DNA of 64,000 bases from Methanocaldococcus sp. 16A (GCA_049860595.1 CP187551.1), one strand, 5' to 3'; shown: positions 1-12,051, counted from the first letter of the stretch. Translations and numbers: made by a program. Notes: a model not told the origin generated them from the sequence alone.

Positions 1-195
1 TTTTCCACATCTTATTACATTAATTCCACAAATTTCATCTTTTTGTGGTAGCCCTTCTTCCCAAGATGTTATAATATACACATTATGATTTTCTGCGAGA
101 TTTTTTGCTATATAAAATGCTCTCGCCTCAACACCACCCTTTACATTGCATTCTTCCGATGAAGGAAAATATTCTGTAACAATTAGTATGTCCAT
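1..195 (-). CDS. glycosyltransferase family 4 protein, N-terminal part (runs off window start)
   Basis: Read manually: ATG at 195, MDILIVTEYFPSSEECNVKGGVEARAFYIAKNLAENHNVYIITS, a typical GT4 N-terminus. Confidence 0.75.
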   Translation of the reverse strand, partial: MDILIVTEYFPSSEECNVKGGVEARAFYIAKNLAENHNVYIITSWEEGLPQKDEICGINVIRCGK

Positions 196-292
196 TTTCT
201 CCCCACTCTTCATTAAACCATATAATATTCTACCTCTTAAGTATTCCCTAGTGTATTAAAGTGTTTAAGTCAACGTCTAACACACACGACTA

Positions 293-781
293 TTACACAA
301 AGTTCTTTTTTGGTGAATACAAAATAATCAACCCAATTAAAATTAAAGTTAAAAAAACACTTCCAAAAGTTATAGAAGTTTTCATAGGCTCATCTATATA
401 ACATTCATCTAACACATAATAAGGATGATAAGTTTCATTTCCTTTAATGTTAATCCCTTCAACCTTTAAAACATTTTCTCCATTTTCTAAATAATCTGTT
501 ATATCTATAATTACTTTTTTCTTATAATTTCCTGAACCATCATTAGCATCATCAATAGTATAAATTAAATTATCGTTTAGGTATATTTTTACCTTCATAT
601 TTTCATTTATATTACCATAATGGACAAAATAAAGTTTGTACTTGTAATTTTCATCTTTATTTATTTTAAAATCTTTTTCATATAGTAAAGTGTTCTCATT
701 TACTTTTATGTATCCAAAGTAATAGCCATAAATGCTATTCAAAAATAATAGGTGTAATAAAATCAATAAAATTTTTCTCAT
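293..781 (-). CDS. hypothetical secreted/membrane-anchored protein (beta-sandwich-like)
   Basis: 162 aa ORF with signal-peptide-like N-terminus and C-terminal TM helix plus basic tail. Confidence 0.6.
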   Translation of the reverse strand: MRKILLILLHLLFLNSIYGYYFGYIKVNENTLLYEKDFKINKDENYKYKLYFVHYGNINENMKVKIYLNDNLIYTIDDANDGSGNYKKKVIIDITDYLENGENVLKVEGINIKGNETYHPYYVLDECYIDEPMKTSITFGSVFLTLILIGLIILYSPKKNFV

Positions 782-1728
782 AACCTTCCTTTTTCTATAA
801 GTTGATAAAATTTATCGTTATCCCAATTTCCAAAATATACATATTTTCCTTTTAAATTTAAATGATTTAATGATAACCCATATTTTAAATAAATTAGTTT
901 TGGAACTTTTGCATAAACTGAAATATCCCCCTTATTGACAAATATAAAAAATGGTTTTAGAAAATCAACTTTTTTATATGAATAAGAAACATTAACCAAA
1001 GTTGGATAATATTTTAGTTCAATTCCTTCTCCAAACAAACTAAAGACTTTGTCCCATGTTGATTGTTTAATATAGATATATTGGCATTTAAAGTTTTTGT
1101 TATTAAATTTTAAGTTAAAGTAATTTATTTCATAGTTATCTAATTTTTTCTTAAATAAGCTAATTTTCTTTGCCAATTTCTTCTTATACTTTTTAATGTC
1201 TCTATCATCAGGTACTTCTCTATTAATTATCAATTTTTTTACTTTCTTTTTCTTACCAATTTTGTACATTCCATTTAAAGCAGAGACATACTCCTTTAAA
1301 TTCATTTCTTTAAAATAATACTCTTTTCCAAATATCAAATGAGGAATATAACCAACATATTCTTTTGGAACTATAGTTATGCATTTTTTTATGAATTCAT
1401 TTCCTAATTTTATCTTCTCTTTATAGTTTAAAGAGTTTAAACTATTTGTTGGAGATAGCCCAATACTCTTTAAAAATAAAATGCTTTCTTTCTCTTCCCT
1501 AAATACTGGAATTTCATTATAAAATAGCAAAGTTTTAAATAATGGATAATTTTTTCCATAAAATAACAAATCATCTTTCTCAATGATATTAAATTTTTTA
1601 AGGTTAATATATTTAAATTTGTCATATTCATTTAAATAAATTAATTTTAATATATAAGCGAATTCTTTCGCATCTTCATTTTTTTGCATAATTTCATCAC
1701 ATAGTTTATCAAAACTCATGAACTTCAC
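778..1728 (-). CDS. hypothetical protein
   Basis: 316 aa ORF, 4-nt overlap with downstream gene, no recognised motif. Confidence 0.6.
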   Translation of the reverse strand: MKFMSFDKLCDEIMQKNEDAKEFAYILKLIYLNEYDKFKYINLKKFNIIEKDDLLFYGKNYPLFKTLLFYNEIPVFREEKESILFLKSIGLSPTNSLNSLNYKEKIKLGNEFIKKCITIVPKEYVGYIPHLIFGKEYYFKEMNLKEYVSALNGMYKIGKKKKVKKLIINREVPDDRDIKKYKKKLAKKISLFKKKLDNYEINYFNLKFNNKNFKCQYIYIKQSTWDKVFSLFGEGIELKYYPTLVNVSYSYKKVDFLKPFFIFVNKGDISVYAKVPKLIYLKYGLSLNHLNLKGKYVYFGNWDNDKFYQLIEKGRL

Positions 1729-1850
1729 TTATATTTTTTATTTAAACCTAATAAAATTTTATTGATTCAATAGCATTAGGATTAGTTATTATTTATAGCA
1801 AATGATACAATTTATGTTCAATTATTTTTCTAGTAAGCATTATGTGGGAT

Positions 1851-2723
1851 TTACTCTTTTTCAGTTATATATTTAAAGATTTTATCAACATCTATTCTCT
1901 CATCCTCTTTATCAATCTTATACTTTTTGAAGTATCTTATTACATTCCAAATATCTCTTTTTAAGTAGAATTCAGCATCTGGATGATATGTAGGAATCGC
2001 TTGAGGCCAATCTATAATAACAAAATCTCCACTCTCATCTAATAAGATGTTGAATTCACTCAAATCACCATGTATATAGCCAATTTTATAAGCTTTTTTA
2101 ACCTCTTCAATAATCTTCCAGAATAAATCTCTAATTTCCTCTTTACTCATAAATTCTGATAAATCTAATCTCTTCAGCTCTTCACCAACAACTTTTCCCA
2201 TAATTATAGCATGCCTATTCCATTCTATTGGCTCAGGAACTTTAACTGTTGGAAAAAGCTCATTTAATATCTCAAATTCTTGTTGAGCTGTTAATCTTGA
2301 AACATAGAGCCAGCTTATATGATGTTTATCAGCTAAATATCCCCTATATCTTTTTCCTCTTGTAAAGCACGTCCTACCATGCTTATGGAATTTTAAAACC
2401 GCCTCTCTTCCATCTTCTAACAATACATTATAAACATCTCCCTCCTTACCAACTCCTAACTTATTACCTATAGCCTTTAAGATACCTTTTTTAACAAATG
2501 CATTTACAGCTAAGGCATCATAACCTCCCATTGATACAGCATATCCATAAACACTTCTAACAACAAATCCAAATTTATTTAATCTTTTTAATCTATATAA
2601 CACATCCTTTTCTGGCATCTTTGCTTTTCTAACAATCTCATCTAATGGCACCCACTCATGATATCTCATTGACAGTTCTATAATTTTTAATATTTTAAAA
2701 TCTTCATCTTGTGCCTGTTTCAA
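1851..2723 (-). CDS. rio2: RIO2-type serine/threonine kinase (true start possibly non-canonical near 2750)
   Basis: N-terminal wHTH, GVGKEGDVY P-loop, IHGDLSEFNI catalytic loop, IIDWPQ. Confidence 0.92.
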   Translation of the reverse strand: MKQAQDEDFKILKIIELSMRYHEWVPLDEIVRKAKMPEKDVLYRLKRLNKFGFVVRSVYGYAVSMGGYDALAVNAFVKKGILKAIGNKLGVGKEGDVYNVLLEDGREAVLKFHKHGRTCFTRGKRYRGYLADKHHISWLYVSRLTAQQEFEILNELFPTVKVPEPIEWNRHAIIMGKVVGEELKRLDLSEFMSKEEIRDLFWKIIEEVKKAYKIGYIHGDLSEFNILLDESGDFVIIDWPQAIPTYHPDAEFYLKRDIWNVIRYFKKYKIDKEDERIDVDKIFKYITEKE

Positions 2724-2799
2724 TGCTTCAATTAGTTTTTTAATTATGATTATCCCCTCCTTTTATGTTAATTTAGTATTTATATATAACAATAATAAT

Positions 2800-3897
2800 T
2801 CAAGATAAAACTCTTTTTATAGCATTCCAAACTAAGAAAGATTGAGGTTTTAGAGTATCTTCTATTGGATTTAAAAATAAAATATTTCTTTTAATTAGAA
2901 ACTCTCTAATTTTTTTAGGTATTTTATCACACTCAATTATATAACTTTCCTTAAATAGAGACAATGCCTTAACTACTTCATTATATAATCCTTTGTCATC
3001 CTCTTTAACTTCTTCTAAAAAGTATTTCAATTTTGAAGTTTCTATTTTTAACATTTCATTTAGAATTTTATTTAATTTTTTATACCTCATTTTGTCAATA
3101 ATTTTATAAATTGATACTGGTTTCCCACCGACGTAAGCGTAAATTAATTCTTTTTCTTCATTAGAGAGACTTTTATTTAATATCTCATTAGCTAAAAAGT
3201 CCATAAAACTAAAGGCTGTTTCTTTATTAAAATCATCTACTAATATATAATCTGCCCTCTCTTCTAATTCCCCAGCGTTATAAACATATTCAATAAATAA
3301 ACTATCAGAGCTTATACAAAAAACATGACATAGATGTTGAACTTTAGTTAATGCTACTAAGAATTGGAATAGACTCCATAACAATAATCTATTACCGTTT
3401 AATGTAATTTCTTTAATCATTTGGAGTTCATCAAAAATTAATATAGGTTTTTTACCTTTTTCATTTAATTTAGCAAATAAGTATTCAATATATTGATAAA
3501 CGTCTCCTGATTTATCCTTCTTATTAAATATCTTATCAAAAAATGATTTAGGAATCTTTATCGGCATGCCTAAATAATACTTACTAATATCTTCCGAACC
3601 TTTAGCTAACATCTCTGCCAAACTTTTTGCATACTCTCTAAAATCATCTATCTTCGATTTCTCATCCACTTCAAATAAACATTCAATAAAGTTATCAACA
3701 TTTACTATATTTCTCGTCCTAAAATCAATAAAAAATGGGATATGTTTGGATTTATCTAATCTATTTGTTACTATCTCTCTTATCAATGTCGATTTTCCAC
3801 TGTTTATAGGACCAAAAATAAAATAAATAAAATTAGGCTCCCCCTCTATAATGGACAAAATTTCTTTTATCTCTTTTTCTCTGTTAAAAAATTTCAT
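2800..3897 (-). CDS. archaeal ATPase (ATPase_2 / MJ-type paralog family)
   Basis: MKFFNREKE start after GGTGA, Walker A GPINSGKS, Walker B IFDELQ. Confidence 0.88.
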   Translation of the reverse strand: MKFFNREKEIKEILSIIEGEPNFIYFIFGPINSGKSTLIREIVTNRLDKSKHIPFFIDFRTRNIVNVDNFIECLFEVDEKSKIDDFREYAKSLAEMLAKGSEDISKYYLGMPIKIPKSFFDKIFNKKDKSGDVYQYIEYLFAKLNEKGKKPILIFDELQMIKEITLNGNRLLLWSLFQFLVALTKVQHLCHVFCISSDSLFIEYVYNAGELEERADYILVDDFNKETAFSFMDFLANEILNKSLSNEEKELIYAYVGGKPVSIYKIIDKMRYKKLNKILNEMLKIETSKLKYFLEEVKEDDKGLYNEVVKALSLFKESYIIECDKIPKKIREFLIKRNILFLNPIEDTLKPQSFLVWNAIKRVLS

Positions 3898-3945
3898 TTT
3901 ATTCACCAAAGGTATTTATGTTTAATTTTTAATTTTAATTAAATC

Positions 3946-5379
3946 TTATGTTTTTTCTCTAATTAAACTCTCAATGGTTTTAACATTAGCCATACCCTTT
4001 CTCTCTGTCTCTTCCCATTCATTTTCTGGAATTGAATCAGCTACAATTCCTGCTCCTACTTGAATATAGCCTTTATTTTTTGAGATTACAAAGGTTCTGA
4101 TGGTTATTGCTAAGTCCATTAAATCATCCCATCCGAAATAGCCTACTCCTCCTCCATAAGGCCCTCTATATGTTTTTTCAAGTTCTTCAATAATCTCCAT
4201 AGCCCTAACTTTTGGAGCTCCACTCAAAGTTCCCGCTGGGAAAGTAGCTTTTACAGCTAAGAAAGAGTCATAATTATCTTTTAACTCTCCAACAACATTA
4301 CTTACAATATGCTGAACATGAGAATATTTCTCTATTACCATGAAATCAGTTACTTTGACAGTTCCAAATTTTGATATCTTTCCAATATCATTTCTTGCTA
4401 AATCTACAAGCATAACATGCTCAGCTCTCTCTTTCTCATCATTTAGTAGCTTTTTCTCTAATTCTTTGTCTTCCTCTTCTGTTCTACCCCTCTTAATTGT
4501 CCCAGCTATAGGTCTTGTTATAACTAATCTTTTTCCATCTTTATAATCTGTTCTTACCAAAATCTCTGGAGAGGAGCCAATAATCTTTCTATCACCAAAA
4601 TCTAAGTAATACATATATGGAGAGGGATTAATCTCTCTAACTTTTTTATATATTTCTAAATAATCTAAATTATCCAAATCTATTTCAATCCTTCTTGATA
4701 AAACTACCTGGAATATATCTCCCGCAAAAATATACTCCTTAGCTTTTTTAACGGCTTCAATAAATTCTTCCTTACTCATATTAGATTTTATTTTTAATTC
4801 ATTATTTTCTATAGTTTTTTCTTTTTTCTTCTCGTCATTATTGATTTTTGCATTCTCCACAATTTTTTCAAGGTTTTTAATTCCTTCTTCATCTTCTGCT
4901 ATTAAATTAATTACTTTCTCTTTTAAATCAAATGAAATAAAGTCTTTAACAATAAAAAACTCTGCATCTGGAAATTTTAAATCATTAATTGGCTTTGGAT
5001 TAATATTAGATAAATCAATCCAATATCTGATAATATCATAGCTTAAATACCCAACCAAACCTCCCTTAAATCTCGGTATTGGCTCAATGTTCTCTATATT
5101 TATATATTTAAGATATTCATTTCTAACATCTCTTAAGGCATCTAATGGGCAATCATATTTCCCTTCTAAATCTTTAACTTTATCTCCAAATTCTGTAAAG
5201 CTTTCAACTTTTAGCTTATTTTCTTTAAATATTACTTTTCCTTCAGCTTTTCCTAATATTGAATATCTCGCAACCTTTGGAACTCCTTCAGCTGATTCCA
5301 ACAAAAATGTATTCTCTCCTCTAATTTGCTCATAAACATCTAATGGAGAAATATCCATTTTTATTTTTTTAATTATCAT
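3946..5379 (-). CDS. trpE: anthranilate synthase component I
   Basis: [48 protein letters not shown]; ATG at 5379 after GGTGA. Confidence 0.95.
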   Translation of the reverse strand: MIIKKIKMDISPLDVYEQIRGENTFLLESAEGVPKVARYSILGKAEGKVIFKENKLKVESFTEFGDKVKDLEGKYDCPLDALRDVRNEYLKYINIENIEPIPRFKGGLVGYLSYDIIRYWIDLSNINPKPINDLKFPDAEFFIVKDFISFDLKEKVINLIAEDEEGIKNLEKIVENAKINNDEKKKEKTIENNELKIKSNMSKEEFIEAVKKAKEYIFAGDIFQVVLSRRIEIDLDNLDYLEIYKKVREINPSPYMYYLDFGDRKIIGSSPEILVRTDYKDGKRLVITRPIAGTIKRGRTEEEDKELEKKLLNDEKERAEHVMLVDLARNDIGKISKFGTVKVTDFMVIEKYSHVQHIVSNVVGELKDNYDSFLAVKATFPAGTLSGAPKVRAMEIIEELEKTYRGPYGGGVGYFGWDDLMDLAITIRTFVISKNKGYIQVGAGIVADSIPENEWEETERKGMANVKTIESLIREKT

Positions 5380-5387
5380 TAAATCAC

Positions 5388-6404
5388 CTATTTTTCTAAA
5401 ATTTCTTTTATGGCATACCATTTTTTTATTGATGTCGGCTTAATTATCCCATTAATAACATCATAAAACAAAATCTCATTCTCAATTAAAAATTTTATAT
5501 ATTTCGTTTCCTCTTTTTTTACATCTGTTTTATAGTTAATTTTTATTTTATCCTTAAACTTAGAAAGAACACTATAAATCTCTTCTTCATTTAAATCGGA
5601 AGTATCTATTAAATATTTTATCTTATCCGCATCTATATTAATCCACTGATTTATTGTTTCTTCAACTGACAAGCCCAATTTTTTGTTTTCGATTAAATCA
5701 ACTATTTCATAAGGTAATGATATAAATTTTGATGCATATTTTGTTTCATCCTCACTAAAGCCTTCTTCTTTTAAAATCTTCTTAATATTTTTTTTATTTA
5801 GCCAGTCAATTAAATAATATTTTGCAGCATTTTCTAATGTAGAATTCCTATAAATCTCTTCAATAAATAAAGTATCAGAAGTTAGGCAGATAACATGACA
5901 TAAATGCCTAACTTTTGTTAAATGAACAAATAAATTGAATAGCTCATTTAGTAGGGACTTTCCTCCATTAAAATAGATATTTTTCAACTTCTGCAATTCA
6001 TCAATTATTAAAACAGGTTTTTTACTCTCTTTTATAACTGCTTCAATACTTTCATAGATTTTGTCAAAAACATCATTTAAAGATAAATTATTAAAGTCAA
6101 AATTCTCTTCTATACCAAACTTAAATATTTTTAAGTCAATTTCAAATTTATTTAAAAGATATTTCTTATCTCCTTTTTCAAAAAATATTTTTAAAAACTC
6201 TTCCTTTGTAGGAGTGGCATACCTTCTTAAGTCATAATAGAAAAATACTATATCATCCTTTTTGTTTAGTTCTTCTATAACTTTGAGCATTACTCTAGTT
6301 TTACCTGATGATTTTGGTCCATAAACGAATAATATGGAGTTCGGCTCTAATTGACAGTAGGTTTTTAGATAGTTGAGTTCTTTTTCTCTATCGAAAAATC
6401 TCAT
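5388..6404 (-). CDS. archaeal ATPase (ATPase_2 / MJ-type paralog family)
   Basis: MRFFDREKE start after [19 protein letters not shown]. Confidence 0.88.
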   Translation of the reverse strand: MRFFDREKELNYLKTYCQLEPNSILFVYGPKSSGKTRVMLKVIEELNKKDDIVFFYYDLRRYATPTKEEFLKIFFEKGDKKYLLNKFEIDLKIFKFGIEENFDFNNLSLNDVFDKIYESIEAVIKESKKPVLIIDELQKLKNIYFNGGKSLLNELFNLFVHLTKVRHLCHVICLTSDTLFIEEIYRNSTLENAAKYYLIDWLNKKNIKKILKEEGFSEDETKYASKFISLPYEIVDLIENKKLGLSVEETINQWINIDADKIKYLIDTSDLNEEEIYSVLSKFKDKIKINYKTDVKKEETKYIKFLIENEILFYDVINGIIKPTSIKKWYAIKEILEK

Positions 6405-6440
6405 AGTTTCACCTATATAGTAGGAAATATTAAACAAATT

Positions 6441-6479
6441 GGGGTGTATCCCAATAGAGGGGCAAAGCCCCTCTATGAT
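6441..6479 (+). repeat. hairpin module B (GGTGTATCCCAATAGAGGGGC-AAA-GCCCCTCTAT)
   Basis: Perfect 10-bp stem at 6454-6476; related copies near 39457, 54971 and 59784. Confidence 0.75.
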
Positions 6480-6529
6480 TAGTAGAATTCCATTTTATCA
6501 CCAAACAGTTAAAAAATAATAAAAAAAGT

Positions 6530-8095
6530 TTATTCATCTTTTTTAGGCCATGTTATTAATTGTGGAACTTCAGGCAATTTTTTTATCTTTTTCTTTATAA
6601 TAGGATGCCAATCATCAAAATCAAACCCATATTGGGCTAAATATCCAACAACCCATCTTGTTATTCCATATCCAGTACAACCTGTCCAAACTTTTCTACC
6701 TTTGTAATCCTTAATTCTAAATCCTTCAACAAAGTGTGTTCCATGAACATTTGCTGATGTTACAGCTACTCCTTTTCTCTCATCTTTTATATATGGAAGA
6801 GCTAACCTCATCTCATACTTTGGCACGTCTGGGAATTCAATTCCTCTATCTTCTTTCTTTCTACCTTCTAAATAGAATGGATCATCTCCAACCTCAACCC
6901 AATATTCTAAATCAAGTTTTTCTGCTAATTTTTCAGCATATTTTAATGTTTTATCTCTTGTTTCTTCAACAAACTCTGGACTACCTATCCAAACACACTC
7001 AATTCTCAAGAATTCATTAACCCTATCTAAACCTCTTGCTCCTCCTCCTTCCCATCTATAAGTCCATCCACTTCTATCAAAGAACATTATTGGTTTATCA
7101 ACATCTATAACCTCCCCTTCAAAGAATTGGTAGAATGGCTCACATTGAGCTGGAGCTAATACATAGCCAGGGTCTCTAAGTAGAGTTTTTAATTTTTCAA
7201 TTGGAATCTCCTTTTTAATCATCATTTCATTTACAAACTCTTTGAAAAGCTCTGGTTCTCTTTTAGGTGGGCATACATAATACATTCCTTCTGGCAAACC
7301 CTCTAAATATCTCATCTTATACATAATTTCCAATGGAATGAGTTTTGGGAATAAACATTCTTCAAATCCTATTTTTTTAACGACTTCTTCAACTATCAAC
7401 TCCTCTAAAGCTCTAAACAATGCGGTTATTGGTGGAGCATAGAACCACTGCCCTCTTCCAGGGAATTTTTTAACCCATCCTAATTTTTCAGCAACATCTG
7501 TTGGGTCCTTGTCAAATGTTATCTTCCTTCTAGCTTTATATTCACTAACTATTGTCCCTGGTGGAATCTTACAAACTTTAAATGTCAAATCCTCTTCTTC
7601 TTTCTCTAACTCTGTTTTTACAAACTTTATTGCTCTATCAATAATATTTCTCTTTAATTCACTCTCTCCAATGTCTTTAAATGTTAATATAATTTTATTC
7701 CCTTCAACTTTTGCTTCGCACTCTGGAACTTTAATGCCCTCTAATTTTTTAGCTTTATCATCTTCTGTTTCAATTGTTATTACATAATTATCTATTTCAA
7801 TTCCTCTAACTCCAATTCTAAAGTTTCTTCCTAATTTTTCAGCTAACGGCTTTCTTAATCTAATTAATCCTTCATGAGCTCTTGTATAAGTTCCAGATAC
7901 AATTTTTAATTTTAATGTATTTCCTTCAAACTCATAGCTTATTATTTTTGAAGCCTCATTTTCTTTACCCTTTGGAACTCCTTTTAAAAATATTTGGTCA
8001 GCATTTTTTAAAATCTCTTCTACTGCTTTTTTAGCATCCTCACTTAACTCCTTGCTAAATATTATCTTCCCATCTAAGTCAAATGTAAGTTTCAT
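6530..8095 (-). CDS. serS: serine--tRNA ligase, methanogenic (type 2)
   Basis: Long mixed N-domain, [27 protein letters not shown] with zinc-ligand Cys residues. Confidence 0.95.
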   Translation of the reverse strand: MKLTFDLDGKIIFSKELSEDAKKAVEEILKNADQIFLKGVPKGKENEASKIISYEFEGNTLKLKIVSGTYTRAHEGLIRLRKPLAEKLGRNFRIGVRGIEIDNYVITIETEDDKAKKLEGIKVPECEAKVEGNKIILTFKDIGESELKRNIIDRAIKFVKTELEKEEEDLTFKVCKIPPGTIVSEYKARRKITFDKDPTDVAEKLGWVKKFPGRGQWFYAPPITALFRALEELIVEEVVKKIGFEECLFPKLIPLEIMYKMRYLEGLPEGMYYVCPPKREPELFKEFVNEMMIKKEIPIEKLKTLLRDPGYVLAPAQCEPFYQFFEGEVIDVDKPIMFFDRSGWTYRWEGGGARGLDRVNEFLRIECVWIGSPEFVEETRDKTLKYAEKLAEKLDLEYWVEVGDDPFYLEGRKKEDRGIEFPDVPKYEMRLALPYIKDERKGVAVTSANVHGTHFVEGFRIKDYKGRKVWTGCTGYGITRWVVGYLAQYGFDFDDWHPIIKKKIKKLPEVPQLITWPKKDE

Positions 8096-8194
8096 TATGT
8101 ATCACCAATAACATTTTATTGTTTTTATCTCCTATAGTTTTTAAAAAGGTAAGATAAATTTTTGAAATATAGGTTATAAAGCATTAAGTTTCTT

Positions 8195-8296
8195 ATAATA
8201 GGACTTTCGCAGGAATAAATTTTTTAATTAAATATAGACACCTAAAGGTGTCAATGTTCTAAATTTAATTATATTAAACTGCAAAAGTCCTATTAT
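8195..8296. repeat. MJRE-like palindromic/MITE-like element, copy 1
   Basis: ATAATAGGACTTTCGCAG ... CTGCAAAAGTCCTATTAT arms, central hairpin GACACCT-AA-AGGTGTC. Confidence 0.9.
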
Positions 8297-8325
8297 TATT
8301 CATTAATGATATATATAGAAAAGTC

Positions 8326-9282
8326 CTACTTAGATTCTTTTAGAATATTTCCCTCAACGATATAAAACATTATCGCCCCAAACAAAACAACTGAGAAATA
8401 TGATATTAAACGATATAAAATAAGAACAGCAAAGGCATTATTTTCATCTATACTTTTCAGTTTTAATATATAAATTAACGCATACTCTACAATTCCCAAT
8501 CCTGATGGTGTTATAGGAATTGCAGTTAATAAAGAAGACGCTAAATCAGAAAATACTCCAAATAATATTTCTAAATTTAGATTTAATGCTAAAAATATAA
8601 AATAAATAGTTAGACCCTCAATAAACCATCCAATAAATGATAAAGTTATTAATAAGGGAAAAGTATTTAGTTTTACAGCTTTTAAACCTTTCTCAAAGTT
8701 AATCAATATTGCCTCTAATTTTTTATTTTTTAAATTTATCTTACTATTAACCACTAAAAAACCAAAAATTAGAAAAATCAAAAATAAAATTATAATAACT
8801 CCCCATTTTATTGAATAAAGAATTTCCTTTGGAATATCTGATTTAAATGATAAGTAAGCAGAGATAAATAATAAACTAATCATCGCTACCAAGTCAAAAA
8901 CTCTTTCAATAAAAACAGTCCCAAATCCCAATGATATTGACTTATTAGTTTTCTTTTTTAATAAGTATCCTCTATAAATATCCCCTAACTTAGCAGGAAC
9001 TAATGAATTCACAAACATTGAAAGATAATACACTATAAAAGCATCTTTTAACTTTAAAATAATATTCACATTTTTTAAGAAAATTCTCCAACGATAGCTT
9101 CTAATTAATATTGAAATATAGAACATTGCTATTGCAAAAAAATAATAAATAATTTTTGTATGTTTTAAAATTAATATTAATTTATCCAAATCTATCTTTG
9201 AAAAGATATATAGAACTATTCCCAAAGATATTATAAAAGAAAGTATCGTTCTTTTATTTAAAATCTGACTTTTTAAATCCAT
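8326..9282 (-). CDS. UPF0104 / lysylphosphatidylglycerol synthase-like flippase membrane protein
   Basis: RSYRWR, NSLVPAKLGDIYR, ERVFD, TPSGLGIVE, YRLISY motifs. Confidence 0.85.
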   Translation of the reverse strand: MDLKSQILNKRTILSFIISLGIVLYIFSKIDLDKLILILKHTKIIYYFFAIAMFYISILIRSYRWRIFLKNVNIILKLKDAFIVYYLSMFVNSLVPAKLGDIYRGYLLKKKTNKSISLGFGTVFIERVFDLVAMISLLFISAYLSFKSDIPKEILYSIKWGVIIILFLIFLIFGFLVVNSKINLKNKKLEAILINFEKGLKAVKLNTFPLLITLSFIGWFIEGLTIYFIFLALNLNLEILFGVFSDLASSLLTAIPITPSGLGIVEYALIYILKLKSIDENNAFAVLILYRLISYFSVVLFGAIMFYIVEGNILKESK

Positions 9283-9283
9283 A

Positions 9284-10477
9284 TTATCCCACTAAAAAAT
9301 ACAATATCGTTGGAAATATTAAGACGTTCATCATATTTGATAGCTTTGATTGACTTTTTAATGCTAAAAGCCCTATACAAATTGATGTTAAATATACAAT
9401 AATATGATAACTTAAATATGTGTTATAGCTTCCAATAACTATAATAAAGGAACAAAACACTATAAAAAATAGAGATAGATATTTAAAATTAACTTTTCTA
9501 ATATAAATAAGGATGTATTTGGATAAATTTATTAGAATAATTAATGCAATTGTAGAAGAAATTAGAATTGAAAATATTTCTATATTTAGATTAATATTTG
9601 CATGCAAATGTTGTATCGCTCTTGCAACTCCACTTCTACCAATTCCTATAAAAATTATAGAGAGTAAAGAAAAAACTTCATTAGACAAAATAATACTTCC
9701 CTGAGAAATAATAAAGTTTTTCAAATCCTTTTCACTTAAAATTTTACTCAAAATATAGTTTAATTGAGCTCCACTCACACCTGGCAAAAATATTCTAAAA
9801 AATCCTACAATAGAAGCAAAAAAAGACGATTTTAAAAACTTTATATCAAAATCAGGGAACGTTATGATCTGACTTTTTATTTTGTAGGTTCTTAAATTAT
9901 TTATAAGTAAAGGAATCCCAAACATTCCAGTAAATATTGCTGTTAATGTTATATTATAAGCATCACTGCAATATAAAACAGCTATTCCAAAAATTCCTGA
10001 TAAAAATATAACCAAAATTTCCCAGATTGATTTTGATGTTAAAATTTGATATAGAACAAAAGTAATTAAAATAAAAGGAATGAATGATTTTGCTGAATGA
10101 TAAAAAGAGTCAATATCAACATTCAAGATGAAAATTAAAAATAAAGTAATAATTATTGAAAAAATAACTCCTAAATAGCTTCCGAATCCTGCTAATACAA
10201 TTGCTTCAAAACCATTTCCATTTAAAGTTAATCTATGCATTGGTAAAACAGATGTTGCAGTTTCATCATCAGGCACACCTAAAAAAGCTGAAGGAATAAA
10301 ATTTATAAAATAATGGGTTATAACTAAACCAATTAAAAATGGAACGTAATTATCTATTCCAAAATATGGCAAAATTAAAAATGACAAAGCAACTATGTTA
10401 TTTGGATGAATACCTGGAAATAAACCAGTTATAGTACCACATATTATACCTAAAATTAAATATGGAAGATTTAGCAT
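9284..10477 (-). CDS. TctA-like (DUF112) membrane protein
   Basis: GTITGLFPGIHPN, IPSAFLGVPD, LPGVSG repeats typical of the TctA family. Confidence 0.8.
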   Translation of the reverse strand: MLNLPYLILGIICGTITGLFPGIHPNNIVALSFLILPYFGIDNYVPFLIGLVITHYFINFIPSAFLGVPDDETATSVLPMHRLTLNGNGFEAIVLAGFGSYLGVIFSIIITLFLIFILNVDIDSFYHSAKSFIPFILITFVLYQILTSKSIWEILVIFLSGIFGIAVLYCSDAYNITLTAIFTGMFGIPLLINNLRTYKIKSQIITFPDFDIKFLKSSFFASIVGFFRIFLPGVSGAQLNYILSKILSEKDLKNFIISQGSIILSNEVFSLLSIIFIGIGRSGVARAIQHLHANINLNIEIFSILISSTIALIILINLSKYILIYIRKVNFKYLSLFFIVFCSFIIVIGSYNTYLSYHIIVYLTSICIGLLALKSQSKLSNMMNVLIFPTILYFLVG

Positions 10478-10509
10478 TATAATTCACCAAGTATTGTTAG
10501 GTGAATGTT

Positions 10510-11264
10510 ATGGAAATAATACTATTTACATTAATTTATTGATAATTTATTAAATCCTTTAGATAGCGAGGAAAAATTAATAACAACTTAGTAGATATTG
10601 GTCATATCCTTCTGGTTTTCATTCTTTAATATATTTTTTATCTTATTCTAAAGATGTTAAAAAATTCCTAATTCTACATAGATAGTATTATTTGTGTTAG
10701 CACATTATTACGTAGGGGAAAGTTTAAAGAAAGGTCTAGGTTTATATACTGCATTATTTGTTTCATTAAATTATGAATTTTATAGAATAATTTTAAGAGC
10801 CATATATCCAAATACTTTAGGATATTATATATTTTTAATATTAATTGCTTCTTTAATGAAATTTAGGGCTAATAAAAATACTACTTATTTATATTTATTT
10901 AGTTTTGGAGTATTCTCTAATCTTTACTCATTCTTTTCTATTTTTAATGTTAGTGTTATTTCTTATTTCATTAATTTTGTGGGAACTTATTTATAAAAAA
11001 CTTATGAAAATATAGTTTTTTTTAATTTCTGTGAAGTCATCAATGGTTATTATATATACAAAGCTATTGAAAGATATAATCATTACTCTCACTATGAATA
11101 ATATCCACAAAAGTTATGTAGTTTATAAACTGTTAGTATGTATAACACTATTAGGTGCTTTATGTACGAAATCTTTTGTATGTTTAGTATATTATCAAAA
11201 TCCAATTATTTGTATTCAATTATATTTATTACTAAATAATAAAAAAATCACATGTGAATTATAA
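10510..11264 (+). pseudogene. degraded multi-TM membrane protein (GT-C-like) pseudogene
   Basis: GGTGA plus ATG at 10510, early stop, then hydrophobic fragments in different frames (YWSYPSGFHSL; RAIYPNTLGY in ORF 10694-10996). Confidence 0.55.
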
Positions 11265-11346
11265 ATTCTTTAAAAATACTTCGTATTTTGAAAAAATATA
11301 CTGAAAAAATAATATAACTATTTAAAAATAATAAAGTAAAATCCTA

Positions 11347-12051
11347 TTAAAATTTTTTAAATCTCCATTTTATAAGTGTTAAAATAGCCTCAAATCCATC
11401 TTTCCATCTAATTTTTTTTCCTTCTTTTAATGTTCTTGGGTAATAATTTATAGGAACCTCATAGATTTTATAACCTTTTCTTAAAATTTTTGCAGTAACT
11501 TCCGGCTCCCAATCAAATCTATTACCTTCAGCATTTATAAGTATATCCTTTAAATCTTTATGAAATACTTTATAACACGTAGGCTCATCCGTCAAAAATG
11601 TAAAATAAAGAATATTTGTAATTAATGTTATACAAATCCCTCCTATTAAAAAAGATATATGAGAAAATTTATTTTCAATCTTTCTTAATCTTGAGCCATA
11701 TACAACTTTGGCTTTCCCTTCTAAGATTGGTTTTATTAGTTTTGGATAATCGTTTGGGTCATATTCTAAATCTGCATCTTGAATGATTATTATATCTCCA
11801 GTTGAATGTTTAATTCCTACTTTTAGAGCACTACCTTTTCCTTCATTTTTTTTATTTATGAGTTTAATATTTTCGTTAGGATGGTTTTTAATAAAATTTT
11901 CAATGATTTCTTTAGTTCTATCAGTGGAACCATCATTTACAACAATAATTTCTTTTTCTAAAGGTAATTTTACATTTAAAACCTTTTCTAAGATTTTTTC
12001 TATAGTTTTTTCTTCATTATATGCAGGAATCACTATTGAAACTTTTTTCAT
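11347..12051 (-). CDS. glycosyltransferase family 2 (dolichol-phosphate mannosyltransferase-like)
   Basis: [34 protein letters not shown]. Confidence 0.92.
   Translation of the reverse strand: MKKVSIVIPAYNEEKTIEKILEKVLNVKLPLEKEIIVVNDGSTDRTKEIIENFIKNHPNENIKLINKKNEGKGSALKVGIKHSTGDIIIIQDADLEYDPNDYPKLIKPILEGKAKVVYGSRLRKIENKFSHISFLIGGICITLITNILYFTFLTDEPTCYKVFHKDLKDILINAEGNRFDWEPEVTAKILRKGYKIYEVPINYYPRTLKEGKKIRWKDGFEAILTLIKWRFKKF

Noticed and set aside
196-292. Possible very degenerate module B (CCATAT...CTCTTAAGTATTCCC)
   Set aside because: Stem not preserved; similarity too weak to call by eye.
4340-5335. Short antisense ORFs inside trpE (and similar ones inside serS, apgM, rad50, mre11 and others)
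   Set aside because: Shadow ORFs produced by codon bias of the sense gene; S/F/L-rich with no motifs.
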